From: Verrucomicrobiota bacterium
GTDB taxonomy: Bacteria; Verrucomicrobiota; Verrucomicrobiia; Limisphaerales; Palsa-1400
Reading direction: 5' to 3'
Assembly: GCA_049510745.1 (NCBI GenBank)
Contig: JBEKYR010000001.1
Span: 160,001 to 224,000, forward strand
DNA: 64,000 bases
Numbering within the stretch: the stretch's first letter is position 1; the number at the start of each line of letters is the position of its first letter. The notes under the pieces are model-generated. The model ran no database searches and was not told where the DNA came from. It worked only from the letters and a program-made list of their open reading frames with translations. Of the stretch, positions 20,542-30,291 are shown piece after piece. The position numbers and the translations under genes were made by a program.

Positions 20542-21669
20542 TTAGACGATCTTGGAGAGCAACTCCTCGTTGGTCTTGTATTTCTTCAACGCCGTCAGCA
20601 ACGTCTCCATCGCCTCGATCGGGTTGAGATCGACCATCATGCGGCGCAGCTTGCGGATCGCCTCCATGTTCTTGGGCGGAAAGAGCTTCTCTTCCTTGCG
20701 CGTGCCGCTCTTGGGGATGTCCAGCGCGGGGAAGAGCCGGCGGTCGGAGAGCTTGCGCTCCAAAATCAACTCCATGTTCCCGGTGCCTTTGAATTCCTGA
20801 AAAATCAATTCGTCCATGCGCGATCCCGTATCGACCAGCGCGGTGGCAATGATGGTCAGCGAGCCGCCTTCCTCGATCTTGCGCGCCGAGGCGAACATCT
20901 TCCGCGGAATTTCCAGCGCGCGGGCATCGACGCCGCCCGTCATGGTGCGTCCGCTGCCCCCATGCACGCTGTTGTAGGCGCGCGCCACGCGGGTGATCGA
21001 ATCGAGCAGCACGAAAACGTCCCGCCCGCTCTCCACCATGCGGCGGCAGCGTTCGATCATGAACCGGGAGAGGCGGACGTGGGTTTCAAGGTCCTGATCG
21101 TTGGACGACGCCACCACCTCGGCTTTGACCGACCGCTGGAAGTCGGTGACTTCCTCCGGCCGCTCGTCGATCAACAGCACCATGGCGTAAATATCCGGGT
21201 GATTGGCGGAGACGGCGTTGGCGATCTGCTTGAGAATGGTGGTCTTGCCCGTGCGCGGGGGGGCGACGATCAACCCGCGGGTGCCCTTGCCGATGGGCGT
21301 GACCAGGTCGATAATGCGGGTTTCCAGCAAATCGGGCGCGGTTTCGAGGTTGATTTTCTCGATGGGATCGATGGTCGTCAGGTTCTCGAAACGGACGTTC
21401 TTGGTGTAGGCGTCGAAAGGCTGTTCGTTGACCTTGTCCACGGATTTGAGCTGGGGGCTGTTGCCGCGGTGGGGCGGCTGGGTTTCCCCGGCCACCAGGC
21501 AGCCCTCGCGCAGGAAGTTGCGCTTGATCGTATCGGGCGTGACAAAGATGTCGCTCGGCTTGGGATGGTAATTGTTTTCCTTGGTGCGAAGGAAGCCGAA
21601 GCCTTTTTCTGAAATTTCAAGGAAACCTGCTCCGTAGTCGGTTGCCGTGGCGCTGGGCGCTGTAGTCAT
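20542..21669 (-). CDS. rho: Transcription termination factor Rho (short form)
   Basis: GFGFLR, PIGKGTRGLIVAPPRTGKT, LIDERPEEV, LDSITR, EFKGTGNME. Confidence 0.95.
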   Translation of the reverse strand: MTTAPSATATDYGAGFLEISEKGFGFLRTKENNYHPKPSDIFVTPDTIKRNFLREGCLVAGETQPPHRGNSPQLKSVDKVNEQPFDAYTKNVRFENLTTIDPIEKINLETAPDLLETRIIDLVTPIGKGTRGLIVAPPRTGKTTILKQIANAVSANHPDIYAMVLLIDERPEEVTDFQRSVKAEVVASSNDQDLETHVRLSRFMIERCRRMVESGRDVFVLLDSITRVARAYNSVHGGSGRTMTGGVDARALEIPRKMFASARKIEEGGSLTIIATALVDTGSRMDELIFQEFKGTGNMELILERKLSDRRLFPALDIPKSGTRKEEKLFPPKNMEAIRKLRRMMVDLNPIEAMETLLTALKKYKTNEELLSKIV

Positions 21670-21860
21670 AGATTTTAAATGTAAATATGCCGAGGCCTTG
21701 CCTGAATCTGCCCCGAAAAATCACCTATCTTTGAACTTGGAATTTTTGGAGGACCATGGCGCCGCGCTCTCGGATTCTTCCGGCGCGCGCCCGGTCAGAC
21801 CTTCAACATCCCGATCATCGGCCCAAAAGCCGATTTATGCAACTATTTTTTTAACCCTGT

Positions 21861-22844
21861 TTACCCCCCCACTTCCGCCTTGGCTTCGGCGGCCAGCGGC
21901 GTGCTCAGGTAACGTTCCCCGGTCGAGCAGGCCAGCGTCACGATCATTTTCCCCTTGTTCTCGGGCCGTCTGGCCACCTGCAATGCCGCCGTCACGTTGG
22001 CCCCCGTCGAAATGCCCACCAGCAACCCCTCCTCCTTCGCCAGCCGCCGCGCCATGGCAAACGACTCGTCGTTGCTGACCTGCACGCACTCGACGATCTG
22101 CGGATTCCCCTTGCTGTCCTTCAAATGCAAGTTCTTGGGTATGAACCCCGCGCCCGTCCCTTGGATCTTGTGCGGCCCCGGCTTGAGCGGCTGTCCGGCC
22201 AGGCATTGCGAGATCACCGGCGAATCCTTCGGTTCCACTGCAATGGCCTGAAACGACGGTTTCCGCGCCTTGATGACCTCCACGCATCCGGTAATCGTCC
22301 CCCCGGTCCCGACCGCCGACACCAAAATATCGACTTTGCCGTCCGTATCGCTCCAAATCTCTTCCGCTGTCGTTTTGCGATGGATTTCCGGGTTGGCCGG
22401 ATTCTCGAATTGCTGTGGAATCCAGGAATTGGGCGTTTCGCGGGCCACTTGTTCGGCGCGGGCGATGGCCCCTTTCATCCCTTCGCTGCCCGGCGTCAGC
22501 ACCAGTTTGGCGCCCAACAGCGCCAGCAACGTCCGCCGCTCCAGCGACATCGTGTCGGGCATGGTCAAAATCAGTTTGTACCCCTTGGCGGCGGCGACAA
22601 AGGCCAGGGCGATGCCGGTATTGCCGCTGGTCGGCTCAATGATGACCGTGTCCTTCTTGACGATGCCGCGCCGTTCGGCGTCCTCGATCATCGCCATGCC
22701 GATGCGGTCCTTGACGCTGCCGAGCGGATTGAAAAACTCGCATTTGAGCAGGACGGTGGCATCAACCCCCTCGGTGACCCGGTTAAGGCGAACCAGGGGG
22801 GTGCGTCCGACCGTTTCGACGATATTCTTATAGATGTGTGCCAT
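21861..22844 (-). CDS. cysK: Cysteine synthase A
   Basis: [11 protein letters not shown] (PLP Lys), [34 protein letters not shown]. Confidence 0.96.
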   Translation of the reverse strand: MAHIYKNIVETVGRTPLVRLNRVTEGVDATVLLKCEFFNPLGSVKDRIGMAMIEDAERRGIVKKDTVIIEPTSGNTGIALAFVAAAKGYKLILTMPDTMSLERRTLLALLGAKLVLTPGSEGMKGAIARAEQVARETPNSWIPQQFENPANPEIHRKTTAEEIWSDTDGKVDILVSAVGTGGTITGCVEVIKARKPSFQAIAVEPKDSPVISQCLAGQPLKPGPHKIQGTGAGFIPKNLHLKDSKGNPQIVECVQVSNDESFAMARRLAKEEGLLVGISTGANVTAALQVARRPENKGKMIVTLACSTGERYLSTPLAAEAKAEVGG

Positions 22845-22944
22845 GAGAAAATGAACAGTTCGTGTTTTGTCACTTTACGCGGGGATATTGTCCGATTGGC
22901 CGCCAAGGGCAAGAACTTTTTACAATCGTAATCATATTATCATT

Positions 22945-25347
22945 TTAGGGGTCCGACGCATTTGCCCCCGGAATTGTCCCCCCGAATCCCCCTCTCCCTG
23001 CCAGAAACCAGCCGGCGGCCAGGACCAGCATTCCCCCCGCGCTCAGCATCACGCCAATCCGCAGACTCTCCGGACGATAGGAAAAGCCTATCGTGGATTT
23101 TCCCGCGGGAAGCGCGACCGCGCGGAAGTTGTAATCCGCCCGGAAGATCGGCGCCGGCTCGCCGTTCACGGTGGCGGACCAGCCGGGGAAGCAGGTGTCC
23201 AGCAACAGGAGATAACCGGGACGCGGGAGGGACGCGTCAATGCTGATGTCATCCGGCTCATAGGAGACGATGCGCACGGAGCCGGCGGCATTTGTCCCGG
23301 CGTAGTTGTCGGCGACCGGGTGCTTCGGCGGCGCCGGCTGATCTTCGAGGAGCAAAACCTGGCGCGGGTCAAATCCGGGCGCGGAGACGCGGGCAAGCAC
23401 GTCGGCGCGATCCGGCAACACTTGATAATCGTACACCAGCAGGGCGCGGTCGTGGCGCCGTTTGTAGCGGTAGATTGCAATCTCCTTTGAATAGACCAAC
23501 TCAAACATGTCCGGGTTGACGGTTTGGGCCGTGGGTGACAGCACGTATTTTACAGCCAGGAGCGGGAACGTCTTTGGCCAGTCCTTCACGTCCGCGTAGA
23601 AATAGTACTCGCCCGCCCGTCCGGTGATCAACTCCTCATAGCGTCGCACCGCCATGTAATCGCATCCTCGCGCGTCACTGAGGCCGAAAACTTCCGCGCA
23701 GTCCGGCTCCAACATCGTCCCGCCCCCGAAAATTCTAAAAAGCGAGTCGTCCTTTTGCAGCCATTCTATCGCCGGGGTCCGCGGATAGTAGCGGTCGCGG
23801 GTGATCGCCGGGTTGAAGCCAGTTCCGAACCAGAGCAGATCCGCCGCGGTCCAACTCAAACATACCAGCGTCGGCGCCCAGCCATTTCGAGGCGCGGACC
23901 ATAAGCCCAAAAGGACCGCGACCATCATTCCACCGGCCAGAATAAGAAACTGCCGGCGGAGAAAGGCCCAGTGGGAGGTATCCAACGTCGGAAGTTTCGC
24001 GCCCGTGGCCAGCCAAAGCCAAATCATCGCCGCTCCCACCACCGCGCAAAAACCAACCGTCACCATCAGCGTGCCTCGATCAGTCCTCCTTCGGCTCAAT
24101 TCATCCCAGCCCAACCCGGCCAGAACCGCCACGCTGAAGCCCACCATGAGAAGCAGGCGCATCTCGTCCACGTCGCGCAGAATGGGCAACTCCCTGACCA
24201 GGGCCGGAAAGGGCGGCGCGCCGCACATCACCAGGACGCAGCCCAGGGCGAGAAACGCATAGAATTTGGTCAATGCGCATCGCCGGAGCGCGATGCCGCA
24301 GGCCGCCAGAAACAGCGGCAGGATTCCCACGTATCCCGTTCTCTCATTGAAATTGCCCGGCTGTCTCCAGCCCAGCAGTTGGGGCAGGTCCTCAAATCCT
24401 TTGACCGGATTGCCCAACGCATTGGGCAGCAGAAAATGAATCAGCGACTTTGGGTTGAGGTGAAATGCCCATCGTTGCGCCAAGGCCGAGGCCTGAGCGG
24501 CCGAGCTTTCGCGGTAATACTCCAGAAAAGGCAGTATCTGGGGCGCTGCCAGGAGCAATCCAACCGCCACCGAACCGGCCAGCAATCCTGCCCGGAGAAA
24601 CCCCTGCTCGCGGCGATGCTCAATGAGCCGGAAAAGGAAATAGAGCACCACGACCATCGTGACATGGATGGCGGTCGACGGGTGGCCTCCCAGGATCATG
24701 CAGGCAAAGGCGAACGCAAAACCGCCCCAGGCGCGAAGAGCGGGCGCCGCCATCGCATTCGCCCGCCCGTCCCTGAATGATTTCTCCACGAAGTAGAGCA
24801 ACAGCGGCAGCCACATCGCCGCGTTGACGTGCGGATGCCCCAGCCAGACAATCATAAAACCCGACAGGCAAAAGACCAGCCCTGCCAGAAAGGCCGCCGC
24901 GTGCGACACCCCCAGCAGCCGGACGTAAAGCAGCGTGAACCATCCGGCCAGGCAAAGTTTTAGAAATGCGCCCGGTCCACTCGCCGAAAATGGGTCCAGC
25001 GGCGACAACAGCAGGCGAATCGGAAAGAGCAGCGCCCCTTGAATGGCGCCGAGATTGGGCGCGCCACAGCACAGGCTCGGGTTCCACAGGGGAAATCTCT
25101 TTTGCTGGTGAACGAACTCCTGGGTCGGAAGGAAAACCGAGTATTGATCGACCAGCAGAGGGTTCGACGGACGGATGCCCTCATGCCACGGCGGCCAGTT
25201 CAGGATTCCATCCGCCGGAACCAATCCTTTGCCGGAAAACAATGACTCGTGCAACAGGATGAGCACCACGCCCGCCAGCGCCGCAAACCAGCAAAGCTCG
25301 CGGGTTCTCGCGGACGCCAAAGCCTTTCGGGATAGTTCTGCAATCAT
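22945..25347 (-). CDS. YfhO-family multi-pass membrane protein (GT-C-like)
   Basis: PLWNPSLCCGAP, many TM helices, PGWSATVNG...ANYNFRAV-like and YRP C-terminal motifs. Confidence 0.82.
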   Translation of the reverse strand: MIAELSRKALASARTRELCWFAALAGVVLILLHESLFSGKGLVPADGILNWPPWHEGIRPSNPLLVDQYSVFLPTQEFVHQQKRFPLWNPSLCCGAPNLGAIQGALLFPIRLLLSPLDPFSASGPGAFLKLCLAGWFTLLYVRLLGVSHAAAFLAGLVFCLSGFMIVWLGHPHVNAAMWLPLLLYFVEKSFRDGRANAMAAPALRAWGGFAFAFACMILGGHPSTAIHVTMVVVLYFLFRLIEHRREQGFLRAGLLAGSVAVGLLLAAPQILPFLEYYRESSAAQASALAQRWAFHLNPKSLIHFLLPNALGNPVKGFEDLPQLLGWRQPGNFNERTGYVGILPLFLAACGIALRRCALTKFYAFLALGCVLVMCGAPPFPALVRELPILRDVDEMRLLLMVGFSVAVLAGLGWDELSRRRTDRGTLMVTVGFCAVVGAAMIWLWLATGAKLPTLDTSHWAFLRRQFLILAGGMMVAVLLGLWSAPRNGWAPTLVCLSWTAADLLWFGTGFNPAITRDRYYPRTPAIEWLQKDDSLFRIFGGGTMLEPDCAEVFGLSDARGCDYMAVRRYEELITGRAGEYYFYADVKDWPKTFPLLAVKYVLSPTAQTVNPDMFELVYSKEIAIYRYKRRHDRALLVYDYQVLPDRADVLARVSAPGFDPRQVLLLEDQPAPPKHPVADNYAGTNAAGSVRIVSYEPDDISIDASLPRPGYLLLLDTCFPGWSATVNGEPAPIFRADYNFRAVALPAGKSTIGFSYRPESLRIGVMLSAGGMLVLAAGWFLAGRGGFGGTIPGANASDP

Positions 25348-25430
25348 TCTGCAATCATGGTTGCCCGGCGTATTCGGCGGTCACCGCCCTGAATTTGATT
25401 CGCCCGCCTCCCCCGCCATGCCAATCGCCT
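25345..25430. repeat. Copy 1 of an ~87-bp imperfect direct repeat flanking a TA module
   Basis: cattctgcaatcatgg-ttgcccggcgta..ggcggtcaccgccctgaatttg.ttcgcccgcctcccccgcca..ccaatcgcct; second copy at 25990-26076. Confidence 0.9.
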
Positions 25431-25447
25431 TCCGCTTGTTCACAAAC

Positions 25448-25744
25448 TTAAAATAGTCTCCGGCGAATCGCCTTTGGATCCTGCCGCAGATCCAAGACCG
25501 CCGCGATGATGATTCGCGACGCTTGCACCTGGTAGAAAATACCGTACGGAAAGTCCCGGATCAGCATACGGCGATACGGACCACCATAAACTGGCGCAAT
25601 TTCAGGGTGCCGCCGCAGAAGACTCAACGCAGCATCCAATTGACCCATAAACAGTTCACCCCGGCCGGCCTGATAATCTTCGTAACGATTAAATGCCGCC
25701 TGAATGTCAAGATCGGCCTGCAGCAGCAGGAGAAGATCGATCAT
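25448..25744 (-). CDS. RelE/ParE-family toxin
   Basis: AFNRYE...GELF...HPE...YRRMLIRDFPYGIFY...IIAAVLDLRQDP. Confidence 0.85.
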   Translation of the reverse strand: MIDLLLLLQADLDIQAAFNRYEDYQAGRGELFMGQLDAALSLLRRHPEIAPVYGGPYRRMLIRDFPYGIFYQVQASRIIIAAVLDLRQDPKAIRRRLF

Positions 25745-25965
25745 GACCGTGGGCCGAGGATTCGCTCCTTGACCGCTTCCCAAGTGGTGAATTGATCTGG
25801 ATGCTGGCGAAAGTGCTCCATCCGACGGTCCAATCCCTCGATGATCTCGCGCGCGACGGGCACTTGCGAGGGATTGGCCTCGAGATCGTTCCACAGTTCC
25901 GACACAAACATCAGCTTTTCTGAAGCGGAAAGCCGCTGCACCTCCGGAAACTTCTCAAGAATCAT
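25741..25965 (-). CDS. Addiction-module antitoxin component (TIGR02574-like)
   Basis: LSASEKLMFVSELWNDL...LDRR...TWEAVKERI; ATGA overlap with the toxin. Confidence 0.85.
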   Translation of the reverse strand: MILEKFPEVQRLSASEKLMFVSELWNDLEANPSQVPVAREIIEGLDRRMEHFRQHPDQFTTWEAVKERILGPRS

Positions 25966-25989
25966 GGGCCTAATATAGCGGTTCGCGAC

Positions 25990-26076
25990 CATTCTGCAAT
26001 CATGGATTGCCCGGCGTAATTGGCGGTCACCGCCCTGAATTTGGTTCGCCCGCCTCCCCCGCCACCCCAATCGCCT
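25990..26076. repeat. Copy 2 of the ~87-bp direct repeat; includes the 3' end of the sugar dehydrogenase gene
   Basis: Near-identical to 25345-25430. Confidence 0.9.
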
Positions 26077-27292
26077 CAATATGCCCGTCGCTGGTCAGCA
26101 CGTAAAGTTCCCCGTCCAGGTCTTGCGCGAAACTGGTGATGTTTTTCGGCTGGTCCAGCAGCGTGCCGTATTGGGTCACTTTGCCGTGCTTCCACCGAAA
26201 TCCCCAAATGGTGCCCAGGGCGTAGTCGCCATAAACATAAATCCCGCGCAAGGCCGGATGCTTTGCCCCCCGATAAACATACCCGCCTATCACGCAGGCC
26301 CCGATGCTGTGATGACGAAACTTCGTCTCCGCCAGAAGATTCGTCTTGTGCGGATACTCGATCACCGGCTCAACGTAGCGCGCCCCTTCGGGACCGGGTT
26401 TGAAATGGTGCGCCCCTTCCCGCACGCTCCAGCCGTAGTTGCCCCCTTTGACAATCAAGTCTATCTCCTCCCATTTGTCCTGGCCCACGTCCCCCGCCCA
26501 CATCTCCCCCGTCGCCCGGTCCCAACTGTAACGCCACGGATTGCGCAGCCCATAAGCCCAGATTTCCTTCCGCGCGCTGTTCTCCCAAAAATCCGGCTCG
26601 CGCATGAAGGGATTGTCCGCCGGCAGACCGTAAGGCAGCGTCTCCCGCGCCCCGCGCAGGCCGATGACCGACCGGCTGTCAACGTCGATGCGCAGGATTT
26701 TGCCCTGCAACGCCGAAGTGTTTTGGCCAGTCCCGAATTCATCATTCTGCCCCCCGCCGTCGCCCACGCCGAGGTAGAGAAAACCATCGGGGCCAAAACT
26801 CGCCAGGCCCCCCTTATGCACCTCGGACGGCTGCGGAATCTCCAGCAAAATGTGCTCCGAATTGGTGTCCGCGCGGTCGGGATTGCCGGCGGAAACTTTC
26901 ATTTCACTGACCACCGTGCGCCGCGGATTTTGCTGGCAGTAGAAAATGTAAAACAGCCCGTTGCTGCTGAAACGCGGATGAAACGCCAGGCTCAACAACC
27001 CCTGTTCCAGCGAAGCGTGCGGTTTGCGGTCCTCCAAGTTGAGAAACTCCCGCGCCTCCGCCCCATCGGTCCCCTTGCGCGCCAGCATCACGCGCCCGCC
27101 CTGCTCCACGATGGCGCAGCGCCCGGAGCCATCCGGCGCCTCCTCCATCCAAACCAGGTCACTGCATTGCAACCTGGGAAAAACCGGGCGCAGCGTAATT
27201 TTGGGAAGCGGCTGGGCCACGGCGGCAATGGCTGCCAGCAGCGCGAACAGCGCCTGGCCAAAGATGATTAACCGCCGGTTCACCGCGCCCAA
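26027..27292 (-). CDS. PQQ-dependent glucose/sorbosone dehydrogenase family protein
   Basis: EQGLLSLAFHP, HKGGLASFGPDGFLY, GKILRID, YGLRNPWR, DVGQDKWEEID, GGNYGW. Confidence 0.9.
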   Translation of the reverse strand: MGAVNRRLIIFGQALFALLAAIAAVAQPLPKITLRPVFPRLQCSDLVWMEEAPDGSGRCAIVEQGGRVMLARKGTDGAEAREFLNLEDRKPHASLEQGLLSLAFHPRFSSNGLFYIFYCQQNPRRTVVSEMKVSAGNPDRADTNSEHILLEIPQPSEVHKGGLASFGPDGFLYLGVGDGGGQNDEFGTGQNTSALQGKILRIDVDSRSVIGLRGARETLPYGLPADNPFMREPDFWENSARKEIWAYGLRNPWRYSWDRATGEMWAGDVGQDKWEEIDLIVKGGNYGWSVREGAHHFKPGPEGARYVEPVIEYPHKTNLLAETKFRHHSIGACVIGGYVYRGAKHPALRGIYVYGDYALGTIWGFRWKHGKVTQYGTLLDQPKNITSFAQDLDGELYVLTSDGHIEAIGVAGEAGEPNSGR

Positions 27293-27350
27293 GGTGGACT
27301 ATTCCACCCCAAAGTTCAACCCGTCTTCGGCGCAGAGTTTCCGACTCCCA

Positions 27351-27611
27351 TTACGCGGCGACAACTTGCACGCGGGGGGCAAAACCAAGCCTGCCGAGAA
27401 GCTCCTCACAATCTTCCCAGGCGAGCCCAAACGCGCGAACATCCGCAACTCCAAGCCGGGCAATCACGTGGGAAAGCGTCTCGGCGTCGCGCTCGGCCAA
27501 CTCGCCGTCCATTAAGGCGCGCTCCGCCCAATCCACCAACTGATCCAGCGTGATCTCGTGATGAAGGTACGCGGCAATCTGTTCGGCAACGATTTGTTTC
27601 GTGATCGTCAC
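27351..27611 (-). CDS. Small hypothetical protein, probable second gene of a decayed two-gene module
   Basis: 86 aa from GTG; follows a 5'-truncated gene stump at 27621-27725. Confidence 0.6.
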   Translation of the reverse strand: MTITKQIVAEQIAAYLHHEITLDQLVDWAERALMDGELAERDAETLSHVIARLGVADVRAFGLAWEDCEELLGRLGFAPRVQVVAA

Positions 27612-27620
27612 GGCATCATC

Positions 27621-27725
27621 CTACACTTTCTGGTGGCCTTTATCCACCGGGAATTTTTCGTGCGTCTCGACCAACCGCCCCGCGTCATCATAAATCTCCT
27701 GCCAGAAGCGCAGCGTGGTTTCCTT
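27621..27725 (-). pseudogene. 3' remnant of a small gene
   Basis: KETTLRFWQEIYDDAGRLVETHEKFPVDKGHQKV*; protein-like reading with no in-frame start upstream of it before the next stop. Confidence 0.55.
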
Positions 27726-27830
27726 CCGGAGTTTGGCGGCCGGGTGTTGCGTGTGGTGGTAAACAAGACGGTTGTTCCCGAACGGGTCGTGACTGTATAT
27801 TTCGACCGCACAATGAAAGGCAAACTATGA
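27723..27830 (+). pseudogene. 3' remnant of a DUF4258-like toxin
   Basis: LPEFGGRVLRVVVNKTVVPERVVTVYFDRTMKGKL*, a typical DUF4258-like C-terminus; ATGA overlap with the DUF2283 gene. Confidence 0.65.
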
Positions 27831-28027
27831 GATTGAAAGTTGACCGTGAAGCCGACGCGCTTTATCTCCGCTTGGACGACTCGCCAATCATCGAGTCCGA
27901 AGAGGTGTCGCCGGGCGTGGTGTTGGACTTCAACGGGCAAAATCAGGTGGTCGGCGTCGAGATGCTCAACCTCTCCAAACGCGCGCCGGGGCTTAATCTC
28001 AAGGAATTCCAGTTCCAAACGGCGTGA
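27827..28027 (+). CDS. DUF2283-domain antitoxin
   Basis: DREADALYLRL...SEEVSPGVVLDF...VVGVEML. Confidence 0.88.
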   Translation: MRLKVDREADALYLRLDDSPIIESEEVSPGVVLDFNGQNQVVGVEMLNLSKRAPGLNLKEFQFQTA

Positions 28028-28089
28028 CACGTTCAGCTTCGGCGGCGGAAACCGTCCGGCCAGCTTCAAAGGGTTTTGTGCCGTAAAAT

Positions 28090-28136
28090 CACTTGCACTT
28101 AGAGCCGGACAATACTACGGTTTGACCCGGACGACG
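28090..28136 (+). repeat. Left arm of a 47-bp inverted repeat; contains TTGCAC-N17-TACGGT
   Basis: cacttgcacttagagccggacaatactacggtttgacccggacgacg; 39/47 identical to the reverse complement of 31376-31422. Confidence 0.85.
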
Positions 28137-28212
28137 CCCGCATAATTTTAGTCTTTATCCTCTTCCTGAGAGAAAGACGGGGATTAAGGGCAAAACTGTA
28201 CCGTCAGCTACC

Positions 28213-30273
28213 TCAATAGACCAGCACCAGGGCCACGGCGCTTTCCGCCTCTCGCTCCACGTCCTCGAATTTCCGGTCTTTGATCGGATTCGGCTCCGGG
28301 AGTTTCGCCGATATTTCCGGCAGGCTTTCCAACAAAACGTTCAACACAGAGCTTTTCACGGCGTAATTGACGCTTTGCGGCAAAGAGCCGGTAGTTTGGA
28401 GTGTGGCCATGTCCGCAAGTTGCGCTGCCACAATGCCCACCACGTTTCCGTACTGGTTCACGAGCGGCCCGCCGGAATTGCCCGGTTGCACCGCCACGCT
28501 GATTTGAAACTCTCGCGGGTCATCCTGCACCCCGGCCAAACTGCTGATCTCGCCTTTGGTCAATTTGGGGGCGAAACCTTGCAATTCGATGTTCGGAAAA
28601 CCGATGGTAAAGACCGATTCGCCCAGCTTCACGCCACGACTCGAAGCGACAGGCAATGCGGGAAATTTGCCGATCACTTTCAGCAAAGCCACGTCGTTTG
28701 CCTTGTCCGCTTTCACGAGCGTTGCTGCGAATGTGCCCGCCGTCGTTCTTACGGCAATCCGGCCCGCATCCTCGACAACATGGTAACAGGTCAGCAGGCA
28801 ACCGTCATCAGTAACGAAAAAGCCGCTGCCGGTGAAGCGAGGCACGCTTCCAACCACAGCCGAATTTTGGCCATCGGCTCGATTTGAAGCAACGCCTTCC
28901 TTGCGAGCAACGAATTCGCGGGAAAGTCGCTGGCCTTCTGCAATCTGCGAAGGCGTCATGGAATCGGATATTCTATCGCGGTGGTGAATGGCGTTGGTCT
29001 GATTCTGTGCGGCAGCGAGGTTATACCACTTGTAAGCCTCGATATAATCCTGTGGTACGCCCTGGCCAACGTCATACATACTTCCAACAAGCAATTGTGC
29101 GTGGGCATTGCCTTGCTCAGCGGCCTTGCGGCACCACTTCACAGCTTCGGCGTCGTCTTGCGGGACGCCCTTCCCATAAATATACGCAAGGCCCAACTTC
29201 GTCTGTGCCGCTGCTTCGCCTTGTTCAGCGGCCTTGCGATACCACTTCACCGCGTCGGCGTCATCTTGCGTCACGCCCCACCCAAGCTCATACATCAGTC
29301 CCAGCTTGCCTTGCGCCTCGGCGAAGCCTTGTTCCGCCGCTTTGCGGAACCACTTCACGGCTTCGGTGTAATCTTGCGCGACACCCTGCCCTTTTTGGAA
29401 ACACACACCAAGGTTAAACTGTGCTGTCGCATTGCCTTGCTCCGCCGCTTTGCCGAACCACTTCACGGCTTCTGCCAAGTTGGTTGCTACACCCTGGCCC
29501 GTGGAATACGCATCGCCCAAAGCCGTCTGTGCCGTCGCGCTACCTGCCTCTGCCTTCGACTTGATTTCCTGAAACGAAATCGAATTGGACGACGGCGGAG
29601 TGGATGTCTGTTGGCCGTTCGTGTCGGTGCCAGCGGCTAGGGCGTGCTTAGGCTCAAGCCGGTCAAAATTCGTTGTGGGCTGGCTTGGCGTGTTCGTGTC
29701 CTGCCCCAGCGCCGGAAAGGAAATTCCTGTCCGGTCTTGTTTGATGCCGTACTTTGCCTTGAGCGACTGCCCAAGAAATCTAGCATCGAACGTGAAAAAA
29801 CCATCGGGCTTGGTCTGAAATCCCCTAATCAAAAGCCCTGTGCGCGGCCTGTAAATATGGTGGGTTATAGGCGGCATGTAGGTGGTACTCGAATTCACGA
29901 CTCCGCTCGAATTTCCAGAATAGCTGGCCCCGTGCGGGTTAAAATAGATGTCACCGGAAGTCGAGCCTGTTCCGCTTGATCTGGTCGTCGAGTACCCCGG
30001 TGTTGTAAAGCTGCTGACGGTCGTCGAATTGTTCTCGTCCACGATGGCGAAGAATGCGAAACCATGTTGGAGGGCAAGCTCAGATGCCCTCAACAGAGCA
30101 AAATCTTGTGCCCGCTCGCTTGAAGTATAACCATTGCCGCGAAACATCACCCTCACGGTGTCAGGCGCGTACCAAGTCTCTGAATACCCGCCCATCAATC
30201 CGTTTGATTTATAGGGCGTTTGGCAGCCTGTGAGGAGCGCAACTGCCATCAAGAGAGTCAGAGGAAGCTTCAT
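28213..30273 (-). CDS. Lipoprotein with Sel1-like repeats and C-terminal trypsin-like serine protease
   Basis: Lipobox LLTGC; five Sel1 repeats (AAEQG.A.AQ..LG..Y..G.GV.QD..EAVKW); catalytic TCYHVV / NDVALL / GNSGGP. Confidence 0.9.
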   Translation of the reverse strand: MKLPLTLLMAVALLTGCQTPYKSNGLMGGYSETWYAPDTVRVMFRGNGYTSSERAQDFALLRASELALQHGFAFFAIVDENNSTTVSSFTTPGYSTTRSSGTGSTSGDIYFNPHGASYSGNSSGVVNSSTTYMPPITHHIYRPRTGLLIRGFQTKPDGFFTFDARFLGQSLKAKYGIKQDRTGISFPALGQDTNTPSQPTTNFDRLEPKHALAAGTDTNGQQTSTPPSSNSISFQEIKSKAEAGSATAQTALGDAYSTGQGVATNLAEAVKWFGKAAEQGNATAQFNLGVCFQKGQGVAQDYTEAVKWFRKAAEQGFAEAQGKLGLMYELGWGVTQDDADAVKWYRKAAEQGEAAAQTKLGLAYIYGKGVPQDDAEAVKWCRKAAEQGNAHAQLLVGSMYDVGQGVPQDYIEAYKWYNLAAAQNQTNAIHHRDRISDSMTPSQIAEGQRLSREFVARKEGVASNRADGQNSAVVGSVPRFTGSGFFVTDDGCLLTCYHVVEDAGRIAVRTTAGTFAATLVKADKANDVALLKVIGKFPALPVASSRGVKLGESVFTIGFPNIELQGFAPKLTKGEISSLAGVQDDPREFQISVAVQPGNSGGPLVNQYGNVVGIVAAQLADMATLQTTGSLPQSVNYAVKSSVLNVLLESLPEISAKLPEPNPIKDRKFEDVEREAESAVALVLVY

Positions 30274-30291
30274 ATTTTTAATTTGTTAGTT

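Noticed and set aside
28135..28165. dif/Xer-like site (cgcccgcataa...)
   Set aside because: Only the XerC-like arm resembles consensus; no XerD arm at 6-bp spacing.
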